Origin: an uncultured Nitrososphaeraceae archaeon | Lineage (GTDB): Archaea; Thermoproteota; Nitrososphaeria; Nitrososphaerales; Nitrososphaeraceae | NCBI GenBank assembly: GCA_963825865.1 | Contig: CAWGVG010000046.1 | Location: 13,739 to 77,738, forward strand | Direction of reading: 5' to 3' | Length of the DNA stretch: 64,000 bases | In this document: positions 11,072 through 21,505 of the stretch, in pieces | How positions within the stretch are numbered: position 1 is the first letter of the stretch | Layout of the letters: each line of letters begins with the position of its first letter | Program-made: the position numbers and the translations under genes | The notes under the pieces: generated by a model | Database searches by the model: none | What the model saw: the letters and a program-made list of their open reading frames with translations, nothing else | Told to the model about the DNA's origin: nothing

Positions 11072-11614
11072 GTAGATTCCTTTCAATTCTTCTCCTTTCG
11101 AAGTCGTGATTCCTTTAATTTTAGCAAGAACAGTAAGTTTAAATGATTTTGTAAATTTCATTGCATATTCTAATACATTAATAATTCTTTCTTCCGCTGC
11201 TATTACTACTGGATGTAAAACCTCCTTTAGTTCAATAGCTGTTTCTTTTGCTTTTTTAACAGGTAGTCTTGTTCTATCAAAAACAATTACGTTTGTAGAA
11301 TTATTATTTTTTCTTAATTCTTCTTTCTCTTGATCTTCTTCTTCTTTGTCCGTTATAATAATACTGTTAATGCCTTCTGTTCTAAAATACACTGCAATAT
11401 CATCATATCCTTCTAGTAAATCCTTTGGAATAAAATGTCTTTTTTGATTTAAAACTCCTTTCGCTTCTACTACTATGAAAGGCTCGCACAGTCCTTGTAT
11501 TGAACCAAGATATACGTCATTAGTAATACTTCTTGCTTCCTTTTTTATTATGTTATTCCAGTTTATGATAGTACTACTGCCTAGATTAAGATGACTGATA
11601 GTATTGCTTTTCAT
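11018..11614 (-). CDS. Hypothetical protein with PRC-barrel-like N-terminus
   Basis: INWNNIIKKEARS...LGSIQG...FIPKDLLEGYD pattern. Confidence 0.55.
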   Translation of the reverse strand: MKSNTISHLNLGSSTIINWNNIIKKEARSITNDVYLGSIQGLCEPFIVVEAKGVLNQKRHFIPKDLLEGYDDIAVYFRTEGINSIIITDKEEEDQEKEELRKNNNSTNVIVFDRTRLPVKKAKETAIELKEVLHPVVIAAEERIINVLEYAMKFTKSFKLTVLAKIKGITTSKGEELKGIYKRLLKLVVKETLKDFLN

Positions 11615-11684
11615 AATTTTTCGTTATGTATACAATTTTAATTTAATACAAAGGATAGTCACTAGTTGTTGGTTTTTTTGTTCA

Positions 11685-12303
11685 CTATTCTTTATTGCAG
11701 ATCCAGTTATTCACGTATCCTGCTCCACTTACGTCGGAACTAAAAGTGCTGCTACCTATATTATTAATTACACTGGAATCTATACTTTGAAGCGCATCTT
11801 GAAACTTTGCCAACATGGAACCTGTGGTATCATTCTTCAATTGGTTATAGTATTTTTCAAAAGCTTTTTTGAAGTCTCAATATTGATTAACACAAAACAC
11901 AATTTTGGGATTAGATTTGAGATCATAAGTAATACCACATGTTATAGGATTGTCCATCTCTATCTTAGAAATTCTTTTGATAAAATATTCATGAGTTAAG
12001 CCGACTTCTTACAGCTCCATATAGGCCTTTTAATCCATCTTTTTCAAGGTCAATGTTAACTTTCATGTAGTAGGGATGAAAAAAGTCTTTAATGAAACAA
12101 ATATAATTCTGATTCAATTTTGTTTTCTTTCCACTTAAATCACCACAATAAAGACCTCCTAAAACCTCAGTGTAAGTAGATAACCCTAAAGCGGCAAGGT
12201 AATTTGCAGTTCCTCTAATTGCTACTGGTATGTCCTTTTCAATAATAAACTCACGAACTGTATCAAGGTAATTTATAGCATTTTGTAAAGATATGTATGA
12301 CAT
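11685..12303 (-). pseudogene. HEPN-like protein (RxxxxH), disrupted
   Basis: Removing one C near 12002 gives LYGAVRSGLTHEYF; a further in-frame TGA near 11878. Confidence 0.5.
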
Positions 12304-12988
12304 TCTGGTTCCTCTAATTTATCATGATTTTCGACGAGTTCACATACAAATTCCTTTGCAGAAGCAAAGGATAAGGTCTATAATCAGATTGAGCAAGCAA
12401 TCTACATAACCTATAAGGATTGCTAGGCTAGTTTTTCCGTTGATTTTTGTAACGAGGTAAGGTATGACTGTGCATGTTCCAAAGCTTTTCTTTCAGTCTC
12501 TGATAATGGGGTATCACCACCAATCATTCTATATTTTCTTTCAGGATGCGGTGGTATATTAATGTCAACTTTGTCCCAACATTTGATAACTTATAATAGT
12601 GACATACGAAGATCACAAGTACAAATTTTAGGAATGAACTGCCTCTGCTTGACTGACACTTGATAATATCAAAGCAATAAACAATGATTCGGCTAAGAAT
12701 GACTCTCTGTAGAGCTCGCTGCTCGCTCTGACATAATCCTTATTTTCTCCGTATTCAGAAAACATATTGATTTGAAATATTAAGTGTTAAAGAGAATTCT
12801 ATTTTCTTCTCTCAGAGCATATTCAAAACCTTTCCATGATTCAATCTCTTTATGGTATAGCAGAAATATTTTCTATCTTTTTAGAAAGGTTGACAAAAAA
12901 CTGCAACTACTTACGATGGTTATTTGATTCAGTCAACTATGATGATAAGATAATTAACAGTGATATCGAGAACTCGTTTCATGCATGC

Positions 12989-13102
12989 AGCCAATGATAC
13001 AGTCAGAGAGATATAGCGCAGATATTACACGTATCGAATGCTACTGTTAACAGAGATTTATCCATTCTAAGAGAGCAGGCCAAAACAAATATCACGCTCT
13101 AT
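12989..13102 (+). pseudogene. HTH fragment of the multi-copy family
   Basis: SQ*YSQRDIAQILHVSNATVNRDLSILREQAKTNI. Confidence 0.6.
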
Positions 13103-13224
13103 GTATACTTGATTAAACTTAACGCCAGCATCATGTGGTAGATCTCTTTTTGACAGCTACGGAATCTTTCTATAGATAGTTGCAGAATAGACCTATAGGT
13201 AAGACAAGATAGATATGTATTATA

Positions 13225-14466
13225 ATGTTGTCAAAAACTGACTCTCATAATTATGTGTATGCTGCCAACATCAAAGATATAGATGCTGCTGGTGGTTGTT
13301 TATCTATCACAGTTGAAAAACACACTATTGCAATTTTCATTTATGATTCTAAGTTATATGCTGTAGACAACCGCTGTCCGCATATGGGCTTTCCTTTAAA
13401 CCAAGGTACTGTCAAAGATGGCATTCTCACATGCCATTGGCATCATGCACGCTTTGATCTTATGAACGGAGGAACATTTGACCAGTGGGCCGGTGATGTT
13501 ACTTCTTTTCCTGTAGAAATTCGTAATGGAAACGAGGTATGGATAGATATTTCACCTGCAGTAGTAGATACTGATTCCTACTATTATCATCATAAAACAC
13601 TGCTACAGAATGGACTGAAGCAAAACATTCCATTAATGATTGCAAAAACAATCATTGCAATGTTAGATGAGGATAATAGTAGGGATAGAGAAGATGGTAA
13701 CGAAAAAGACAATGATGGTTTGTTAAATGCATTCTCTGTTGGTCTTGATTTTGGTAGCCATTACAGACAATCTGGATGGGGTCAGGGCTTAACAACACAT
13801 ACTTGCATGATGAATATTGTTCCTTATCTTGATACAGAAGACAGGCCTTATGCTCTATATCATGGTCTTTCTGCTGTAGCACAGGACTGTGCTTCGATGC
13901 CGCCACGTTTTAAAATATTCTCATTACCAGAACCTTGGCCAGATTTGTTTACGCTTAAACGTTGGTTCAGACAGTTTATTGAATCTCGTGATGCCCAAGC
14001 GGCAGAAAGGTGTATCGTTACTGCTGTAAGGCTTGGTGCCAATAGCTCTCAAATATCAGATATACTTTTTGGCAGCAGCTACCGACCATCGTTATATTGA
14101 CGTTGGCCATGTTCTGGACTTTACTAACAAAGCATTAGAAGCACTTGATACAGCTGAGTGGGAAGATAACAACGACAACAATAAGGAGCTAGTAGAGTCA
14201 GTATTGAGTAGCCTGGTGTCTGGATACGCTAACGCCGAAAGAATGGAAGAATCTAACTCATGGCGATACCCAATAGATTTGATTGATATCCTTGAAAAAG
14301 CCTTCAAAAAATTACCTATAGTTTTGAATAATTATGGTAGTAGAGAAAGAGAACAGGCAGAAGAAGACAAAAGAGGAAGAAGTAATCAAAGAAGAAACCA
14401 AATAGTGACAGTGTTATTAGGTGATGATCCACAGTTAATCGTAAACTCATTATTAGATGCCTTAAG
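13225..14466 (+). pseudogene. Rieske [2Fe-2S] domain protein, frameshifted and truncated by an IS
   Basis: CPHMG...CHWH Rieske motif; continues AATDHRYIDVGHVLDFTNKA and stops at the IS end. Confidence 0.85.
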
Positions 14467-15582
14467 CGGGGTTGTTGCCTAATTCGTTTTAATTGACTGT
14501 AAATATGATTTCACGGTTTTCGATTTAGCTTAGAAAGGGTATGCACCCTCTTATTGACTTGCAAGCACAAGAGGAAAGATGGTTACTGGTTGTGTTACCA
14601 TCTAGCACATACCCTAGAACGAGATATGCTTATCGAAAATATAGTTTCTCTGGTCAAAGAAAATCCTCCTCCTACTTTAAAGAAGAACAGTAATAGAGGA
14701 AGGAAACCAATTCATTCTTGGGAAAAACTTGTCTGTATTTGTATATTGATGGTTGTTTTCGGTTCAACGTACAGAGATATACAGAATATAGTACCCTCTC
14801 TTAATTTGCCATGGAATAACGAGCCATATCCAGATCATACGTGGATATCACGTACATTCAAGAAGATACCGCTGATATATCTTGAACGTGTACTAATATG
14901 GTCAGCTTATCTATGTTTGAAAGAATCAGGCTGGAAGAAGGGTATTCTCGCATCAGATAGCACCGGTGTAGAGACAAACAGGTACGGATACGAAGTACGA
15001 TTTATCAAAAATAGTAGTAAGAAATTCGAAAAGATAAGGGTAAAACAGTATCTGAAATGGCATATCACAGGGATACTTGATCATCTCATAATACTTAATA
15101 CACGACTTACCAGTAAGAAAACACACGATTCTCCAGTACTCCGAACAATGCTAAACAGATTGAAGAAATATAGATTAGACTTTGCAGGTTCAACATTCAA
15201 TGGTAACAGAGGTTATGATGGCAACAAGAACTTCCAGTCAGTGTTTAACATGAACATGCTTCCAAATATCAAGCAGAGAAAAAACTCCAAGAACAAGAAT
15301 AGCAGTAGTAAGAAGAACAAATACAGAAAGAAGGCTGCAAAGATATTCAATGCATCAATATATCGTTATAGAGGATTGATAGAAGGAATATTTGGAGCTG
15401 AAGAAACTAAACATCATCATCATCAGCTATACTGCACATTCAGATTAAAGAACAATCAGAAAAGATTTGGATTAATTAAATCAATAGGCTGGAACCTAGA
15501 AGTCCTTAACAGACTACAATGTGCAAACAAACTGGGAATAAAGGTGACACCATATGCGATATCAAATTAGGCAACAACCCCG
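14467..15582 (+). mobile_element. IS4/IS5-superfamily insertion sequence with perfect 18-bp TIRs
   Basis: CGGGGTTGTTGCCTAATT at 14467 and its reverse complement at 15565-15582; no TSD visible. Confidence 0.9.
14554..15570 (+). CDS. DDE transposase (DDE_Tnp_1-like)
   Basis: ASDSTG, YLKWH, THDSP, GNRGYD, YRYRGLIEGIFG; stop codon lies in the right TIR. Confidence 0.85.
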   Translation: MTCKHKRKDGYWLCYHLAHTLERDMLIENIVSLVKENPPPTLKKNSNRGRKPIHSWEKLVCICILMVVFGSTYRDIQNIVPSLNLPWNNEPYPDHTWISRTFKKIPLIYLERVLIWSAYLCLKESGWKKGILASDSTGVETNRYGYEVRFIKNSSKKFEKIRVKQYLKWHITGILDHLIILNTRLTSKKTHDSPVLRTMLNRLKKYRLDFAGSTFNGNRGYDGNKNFQSVFNMNMLPNIKQRKNSKNKNSSSKKNKYRKKAAKIFNASIYRYRGLIEGIFGAEETKHHHHQLYCTFRLKNNQKRFGLIKSIGWNLEVLNRLQCANKLGIKVTPYAISN

Positions 15583-15688
15583 GATAGATTATAGCATTCA
15601 CATTGAAAATTATAAAAACTATCAGTAAAATTGAATTATGCAACTTGTAATTATCTGTAGATCAATATAGTTTAATGTGTTTTTTATC

Positions 15689-16015
15689 TTACTTCTTTTT
15701 TACTTCTCTTATTACAAAATCTACAGATTTTTTTAATTCCTTTTTGTCCAATTCTATTGGCTGTTTTGTGTCTATCTCTACGCTATCCTTGTCTTGAGCA
15801 ATTTTTTTGATAGTTCTTTGAATTTCGTTCTCCATTTCTGCATGTCCTATTAGGCCTAACAGCTTTGATTCTGAAGCATGTTTGCGTATAGATTTACGCA
15901 ATTCATTATTTGTTGAAACAAGTGTTGCTGAATTGTAAATTCCTAACAACATCAAAAATGCTGCTATATTCAAAACTGTTATCGTTGTAAGTCCAAAGGG
16001 AGGGTAGGGAGCAAC
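15689..16015 (-). pseudogene. C-terminal fragment of a membrane protein
   Basis: APYPPFGLTTIT...GIYNSATLVSTNNELRKSI; lacks its 5' part. Confidence 0.55.
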
Positions 16016-16018
16016 AAT

Positions 16019-16237
16019 TTGTGCGCATTTGAAGTTGCCTTTCCTGATAACGCAATTTTCGGAGTTATGAAAGGTGGTGTCTCTAAAACTGTAGCTGATG
16101 GGCGTTATATAATAACCCAACCACTTGCAAAAGGCACCTACACCATCCAGTACAAATTAAGTTTGATATGTCAGGGAACAGATTGCCTACAGCCTAATTT
16201 CGCCCAAAATGTAAAATATACCGTAATTGTAGAATAG
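16019..16237 (+). pseudogene. C-terminal fragment of a secreted-type protein
   Basis: FPDNAIFG...VADGRYIITQPLAKGTYTIQY; lacks its 5' part. Confidence 0.5.
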
Positions 16238-16424
16238 ATATCCATTTTTTCTCGAGCTAATTTATTATAATAATGGCTCAATTCACAGTCAACAAGTTAC
16301 ATGATAAATTATTATTATTACATTATAACACAACAATGCACTGCCATAACTTATTTGACTTTTCAGCATCAATGAGCTAAACCTTATTTATGCTGCAGCT
16401 TGTAATAATGATACTGAAAAATAG

Positions 16425-17648
16425 ATGCAGGCTTGGACAATTTCAAGATGTCTCATTCTGCAACCGTTTTTCTTGATTGTCACTATGGCAGTTATTATTA
16501 TTATTATATTATACAGTTTGTCTTGGCCGACAAATGTCTTTGCTTTATCCCCTGCTTTTGGGCGCCAAGAAATAGCAAATCCCTGGTACCATTGGACAGA
16601 TATGCAAAGTGGGGAGGAGACTAACATAGGACCTAACTATACAAATATACACTCAGTCACTTACTCTAGCGATGGCAGGTTTTTAAATTCTACACTTTGG
16701 TTTCCCTCATTAAGCGGATTAACTTCATCAAATGGTAAGCCTTCTGCTGATGTTATAGCTTATGGAATTATGATTGATGCTGATCTAAATGGCGACTCTG
16801 GATTCCAAGGAGTTGATTATGAGCTTCAAATTAGTTGGAACAACAACACCAAAGCATGGACACAAACATTGATAGAGTATGCCTCAGATGGCAACTCGAG
16901 AAGAATTTCGCCAGCTGCTGACACTAACTTTACAGGTTTCACTGAGAAGGACAAAAATTATGTTAAATTAGATTTGGACTTGAAGTCCATACTTTATCCA
17001 CCGCGATATAGGATATTCTTCTATGCCTACTCATTAGAGAATAATAAGAGTTGGCTCCTAGACCCAGTCAGATGGATATATGTTCCACCACCTGAATTTT
17101 CTATGTCTACCTCACCAGCTACTTTAGATATAACGGCTGGAGACAAAGGCACCATTGAGCTTAATGTAAACTCGACCACAGGTTTTCAACCAACTGTTTA
17201 TCTGGATATACCGTATCTGCCAGCAAATATTGGAGTAGAATATGAAAATGGAAACAAAACGTTAAAGATGCCAATTTATAATGTGGCTAAATCAAGCTTA
17301 GTTATCAATAGCGCAGCCAATATGAAGCCTGGCCTTCATACAATAGATGTATTCGGGAACGTAGTTTTTCAACCACAGTATTTTAAACCTCCATTCAGTG
17401 ATTCTCCTATTATTATAAATCCTGAAAATATAACGACCAAGACAAGTTTCAATATAAAAGTACAAAAAGCCCTAGAACCCTTAGAGAAAGTCCAACAAAT
17501 GTGGAATCAAATAGGCGGTGTATTCAGTTTCATATATGTTCCTGCCGTGGCCATCATCGGATGGATACTTACTAAACATGCAAAGAAGAGGCAAGAAAGA
17601 TCAAGGGAAAGGAGAAAGAGTAAGCATTCTAATTCCGATAGTTCATAA
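16425..17648 (+). CDS. Secreted/surface protein with C-terminal membrane anchor
   Basis: 407-aa ORF, N-terminal hydrophobic segment ending VFA, beta-rich body, C-terminal TM plus basic tail. Confidence 0.75.
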   Translation: MQAWTISRCLILQPFFLIVTMAVIIIIILYSLSWPTNVFALSPAFGRQEIANPWYHWTDMQSGEETNIGPNYTNIHSVTYSSDGRFLNSTLWFPSLSGLTSSNGKPSADVIAYGIMIDADLNGDSGFQGVDYELQISWNNNTKAWTQTLIEYASDGNSRRISPAADTNFTGFTEKDKNYVKLDLDLKSILYPPRYRIFFYAYSLENNKSWLLDPVRWIYVPPPEFSMSTSPATLDITAGDKGTIELNVNSTTGFQPTVYLDIPYLPANIGVEYENGNKTLKMPIYNVAKSSLVINSAANMKPGLHTIDVFGNVVFQPQYFKPPFSDSPIIINPENITTKTSFNIKVQKALEPLEKVQQMWNQIGGVFSFIYVPAVAIIGWILTKHAKKRQERSRERRKSKHSNSDSS

Positions 17649-17857
17649 TAGTCATTTTAACCCATAGGTTAAACAGAACAACACATCATCATGATAGATC
17701 TGATGTCCATAATACGTCAAAAACAAATAAAAAAGCATCTCTACGCATAGCATATATTTGCTGCTTAACAGATCCTTGAAAAATGATTCATTTATCGAAT
17801 TCGTATATATATTATAATAATAATAAGTTGATGGCCTGTTGTGGTTGTTATTTTTTG

Positions 17858-18062
17858 CTAGCTGGTCGAATTTGTGGTAGTGGTAGTAGTAGAGTTGGAT
17901 AGAGTAGAGTTGGAGCTTGTTGTTGATGGTGGAATAGGTGCATCAAGAAATGCAACTGTTGTTTGTACAGGAAACGACATTATACCAATAATTAGTCCCA
18001 TTAGGACAAATGTTACTGTCAAAACGAATAGCATCATAAATGCTGCATTATCTTTCATTAGC
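17858..18062 (-). CDS. Small membrane/secreted protein with S/T-rich tail
   Basis: Hydrophobic segment followed by poly-S/T. Confidence 0.4.
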
Positions 18063-18228
18063 ATATGAAAAGTTATGTTAGACAGACTAAAATACTTTGA
18101 GTATATGTTTCGAGTTTTAGATAGACAGATAGATACCTGCATGAATATCCCCCAATTAATAAAAATTAAAAGAATAAAAGTTAATTTCGTTTTTGTTTTT
18201 GTTGTTGTTCTTCTTCCTTCTCTCTCTT

Positions 18229-19256
18229 TTACTCTACTTCCTCATCCTTAGCTGCTTTCTTACTACCGCTGCCCTTCTTCTTCAATTCTTCATCCATATC
18301 ATCTGATCCCCTTTCGTTTACAGTAAATCTCGCATCCGAATATGGATGGTAAGGAGAGTCTATCATCTTTGCAACCCTATTTTCTCCAGATTTTCTAAGA
18401 TATACCCTGTAAGTTGAAGCATGTCCTAACACATTTCCACCAGCTGCTTTTGTGGGATCTCCAAAGAAGGTATCAGGAGATGATTGCACTTGGTTTGTTA
18501 TAACTATGGCAATGTTGTATATTTCAGCAAGTCTTATGATCTTGTGTAACATGCTATTGAGCCTCTGCTGTCTATCAGCCAATGTACCTCTTCCCGCAAA
18601 CTCTGCCCTATGAAGAGAAATTATACTATCAATTATCACCAATTTCGCTTTAAAGTCATCGACATATTTACCAAGGTTCTTTATTATTAGTTCCAAATGA
18701 GAGCTGTTGTAGACTTTGCACACTGCTACATTCTTTAACACTTGTAACTGGATCAAATCCTCTTGCTCGTGCTATCTCTTGTACTCTTTCAGGTCTGAAC
18801 GTTCCTTCTGTATCTATGTATATTGTACTGCTATCCAGTCCACCTGATTCTATAGGCTGTCTAGCTATGGCACACAGAGTATGGCATATTTGTGACTTGC
18901 CAGAACCAAATTCTCCATAGAATTCAGTTACGGCCTGGGTCTCTATACCTCCGAGTAAGAGTTCATCAAGGGTACTAGAACCGGTAGAACATCTTAACAA
19001 GGATTTCCTTTTCTCTAGAGCTGCATCTGCAGTAACGAATTCTTTCTCCAACACTTTGGAGTCTCTTAATAACTTTTGGGCTGGCAATTATGAATGTACT
19101 AGCACTCTCTTTTGAAGCGTTAATGTCCACAGATAATTCGTCGGCAGTTGCTACTGCGAGATCCATCACAGAGACAATACCTGCTTCTTTCAGCTTTTTA
19201 GCTGTCGTAGGACCAATGCCTTCTATGTCTTGTATCTCTAGTTCAATTATATCCAA
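18229..19256 (-). CDS. radA: DNA repair and recombination protein RadA (two frameshifts)
   Basis: [10 protein letters not shown] Hh[10 protein letters not shown] Walker [34 protein letters not shown]. Confidence 0.95.
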
Positions 19257-19929
19257 TGATGAAGTTTCAGATACTGTTGTTGCTGGCAGCAGGCAGCACT
19301 TGTATCACCCTTTATAGCAGTGATATTATTATTACTATTAGCAGTAGTAGATTCATTTTCTACAGACGGTTTTCTATCCACCATATGACGTTCGAACTAC
19401 ATATAATGAACGCTTGTATTAATATTGAAAGGTACCAAATAGGGGGGGAGGGCGGCGTGATAAATGAATGAATCTACAGGCATATACCACTCCTTATTCT
19501 TCTCACATTCTACCAATCATACCATTCTACCGCTCCTTTAGATAGTATCAAGCTGCTGCTTAACAATGAACAGAATATAAAAAAAACAAACTGTTAATAA
19601 GAAAAATTAGTTAGTCAGACTATCATAACGGTGAGAATATGCAGGTGTAATCAACGGCCATCAGTCACAGCCGTACCATCTAAAATATAAAAATTGGCTA
19701 GTGTATATACCTTAACGGTTATTATTTTAATATGATCAATATAGTAGTTATTTTAGTACAATCCATAAATCTTAACATAGAAAAAGAGAACCAAACTTAA
19801 AATAGCCTATCAATAGAACCTCAAGATCCGAGGTACTTTTTCAAGAATTCTAAATATAATAAGCGCTATAGAAAACAGGCTGGAAGAGATGATAACAGAA
19901 AAACAAAACAAAACAAACAACCAAGCTAA

Positions 19930-20149
19930 CTAGCTTGATGGCATTTCACAAAGATCAGCATAGAAATTGCTCCCATATACGAGGCCGAACTTTTTGAACA
20001 TAATTACACATTCCTCTGAATCGAACACGTAATGCGAATCCATCAATTATCTCTTTGATTACCGTAACTTTTTGTCCTTCTTCTTCTCCTTCGCGTCCTA
20101 CCAAGGTCTTTCCGCATAATGCACATTTAGCTTGTATTTTTTCGGCCAT
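19930..20149 (-). CDS. Small Cys metal-binding (TRASH/YHS-like) protein, one frameshift
   Basis: Removing one T near 20037 gives MAEKIQAKCALCGK...GSHYVFDSEECVIMFKKFGLVYGSNFYADLCEMPSS*. Confidence 0.7.
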
Positions 20150-20475
20150 TGTGATGTTATCTTTTTTTATTTTTTATTTTATTCCACCTTACTGCGCTAT
20201 CATAGGTAAGACTTGCTTCTGCCTCCTGCTTACTTCTTTTCATCTCTTTTTTCCTCATCAACAATATTAACGCCATTATTATGATCTTTCACTGATAGTA
20301 CTTTCCTTGGAAGTATATATTTAGATCCTTTTATTTCGCCTGTGAATTTTATTATATATATATCATACTTTTTATTGTTTTTGCTACTTGTTTCTATACT
20401 TAGGAACTTTCAACAGCCACATCCACACATAATTTTAAATTCCTTTATATATCAATAAGTAGCATTTTTAGCATA

Positions 20476-21451
20476 TTGACTAGCTGTATTGCTTTTCATT
20501 CTTATAAGGGCGGTACTGGTAAGACAACAATAGCTGCCAATCTTGCTGCCTTATTAGCAAAAAAGGGGTATCGTGTATTTTTATTAGATCTTGATGTATA
20601 TGCGCCCAGTCTTCAAGCTTATTTTGGAACTAAACCAAAAAGATGGATTAATGATTTCCTAAATGGTCACTGCAGAAGTTGGAGACGTAGTAATGGACAC
20701 CACACACATGGTAGAGGAAATTAATAGTAATAAGAAAATAGCTGGAAAATTATGGGTTGGCTTCTGCAGTTCAAAGAAGGAAGAAATTTACAAACTCGAG
20801 GGTAGTACTGGTGGTGGAAAGCAAGATAGTTCAAAGATACAGTTGCTTAGAAGGTTTATACTTTTGAGAGAACAACTGATTTCGCTGCATGACGCTGAAT
20901 ATATCATAATTGACACTAGCCCAGGTATAAGATATTGGTCAATAAATGCACTGGCCGTTGCAGATACACTCTTTCTAACCCTCAAAATGGGTGATCTTGA
21001 CATTGATGGTACAAGAAAGATGGCTGACGAAATCTACGGATCCTTTACAAAGTTCGGCGCCAAGTCCTATCTTGTAATGAACAGGGTGGCTGGCTATTGT
21101 GTACCCCACTATGATATCATGTCTGCTTCTCAGATATCATCACCATCACCATCCCCATCCCCATCATCACCAGCTACCTCTAATACTATTACGGATACTG
21201 ATGAATCACGATCACATCACAATCAAAAATCTGCCATTACAGTGCAGCAACAAAAAGATGAAACAAATACTATTAGCAATACGCTGTCTAGCGAAGTGGG
21301 AATGGATGTAATTTCTTCTATTGCATGCTATTGCGATATTCAATTTACTAGTAAAGAATTCTTAACTGCTATTAAATATCCGGACCATCCTTTTGCAAAG
21401 CAAATTGAACGGCTAATAGAAAAAATGAAAACAATGCCAACTAAAGCTTAA
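20476..21451 (+). CDS. MinD/ParA-family ATPase (frameshift near 20665)
   Basis: Deviant Walker [35 protein letters not shown]. Confidence 0.88.
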
Positions 21452-21505
21452 TCCTTAAAAAAACATAAAAAAAGTATATAGATGACGAATTAAAGACTTC
21501 AATTA

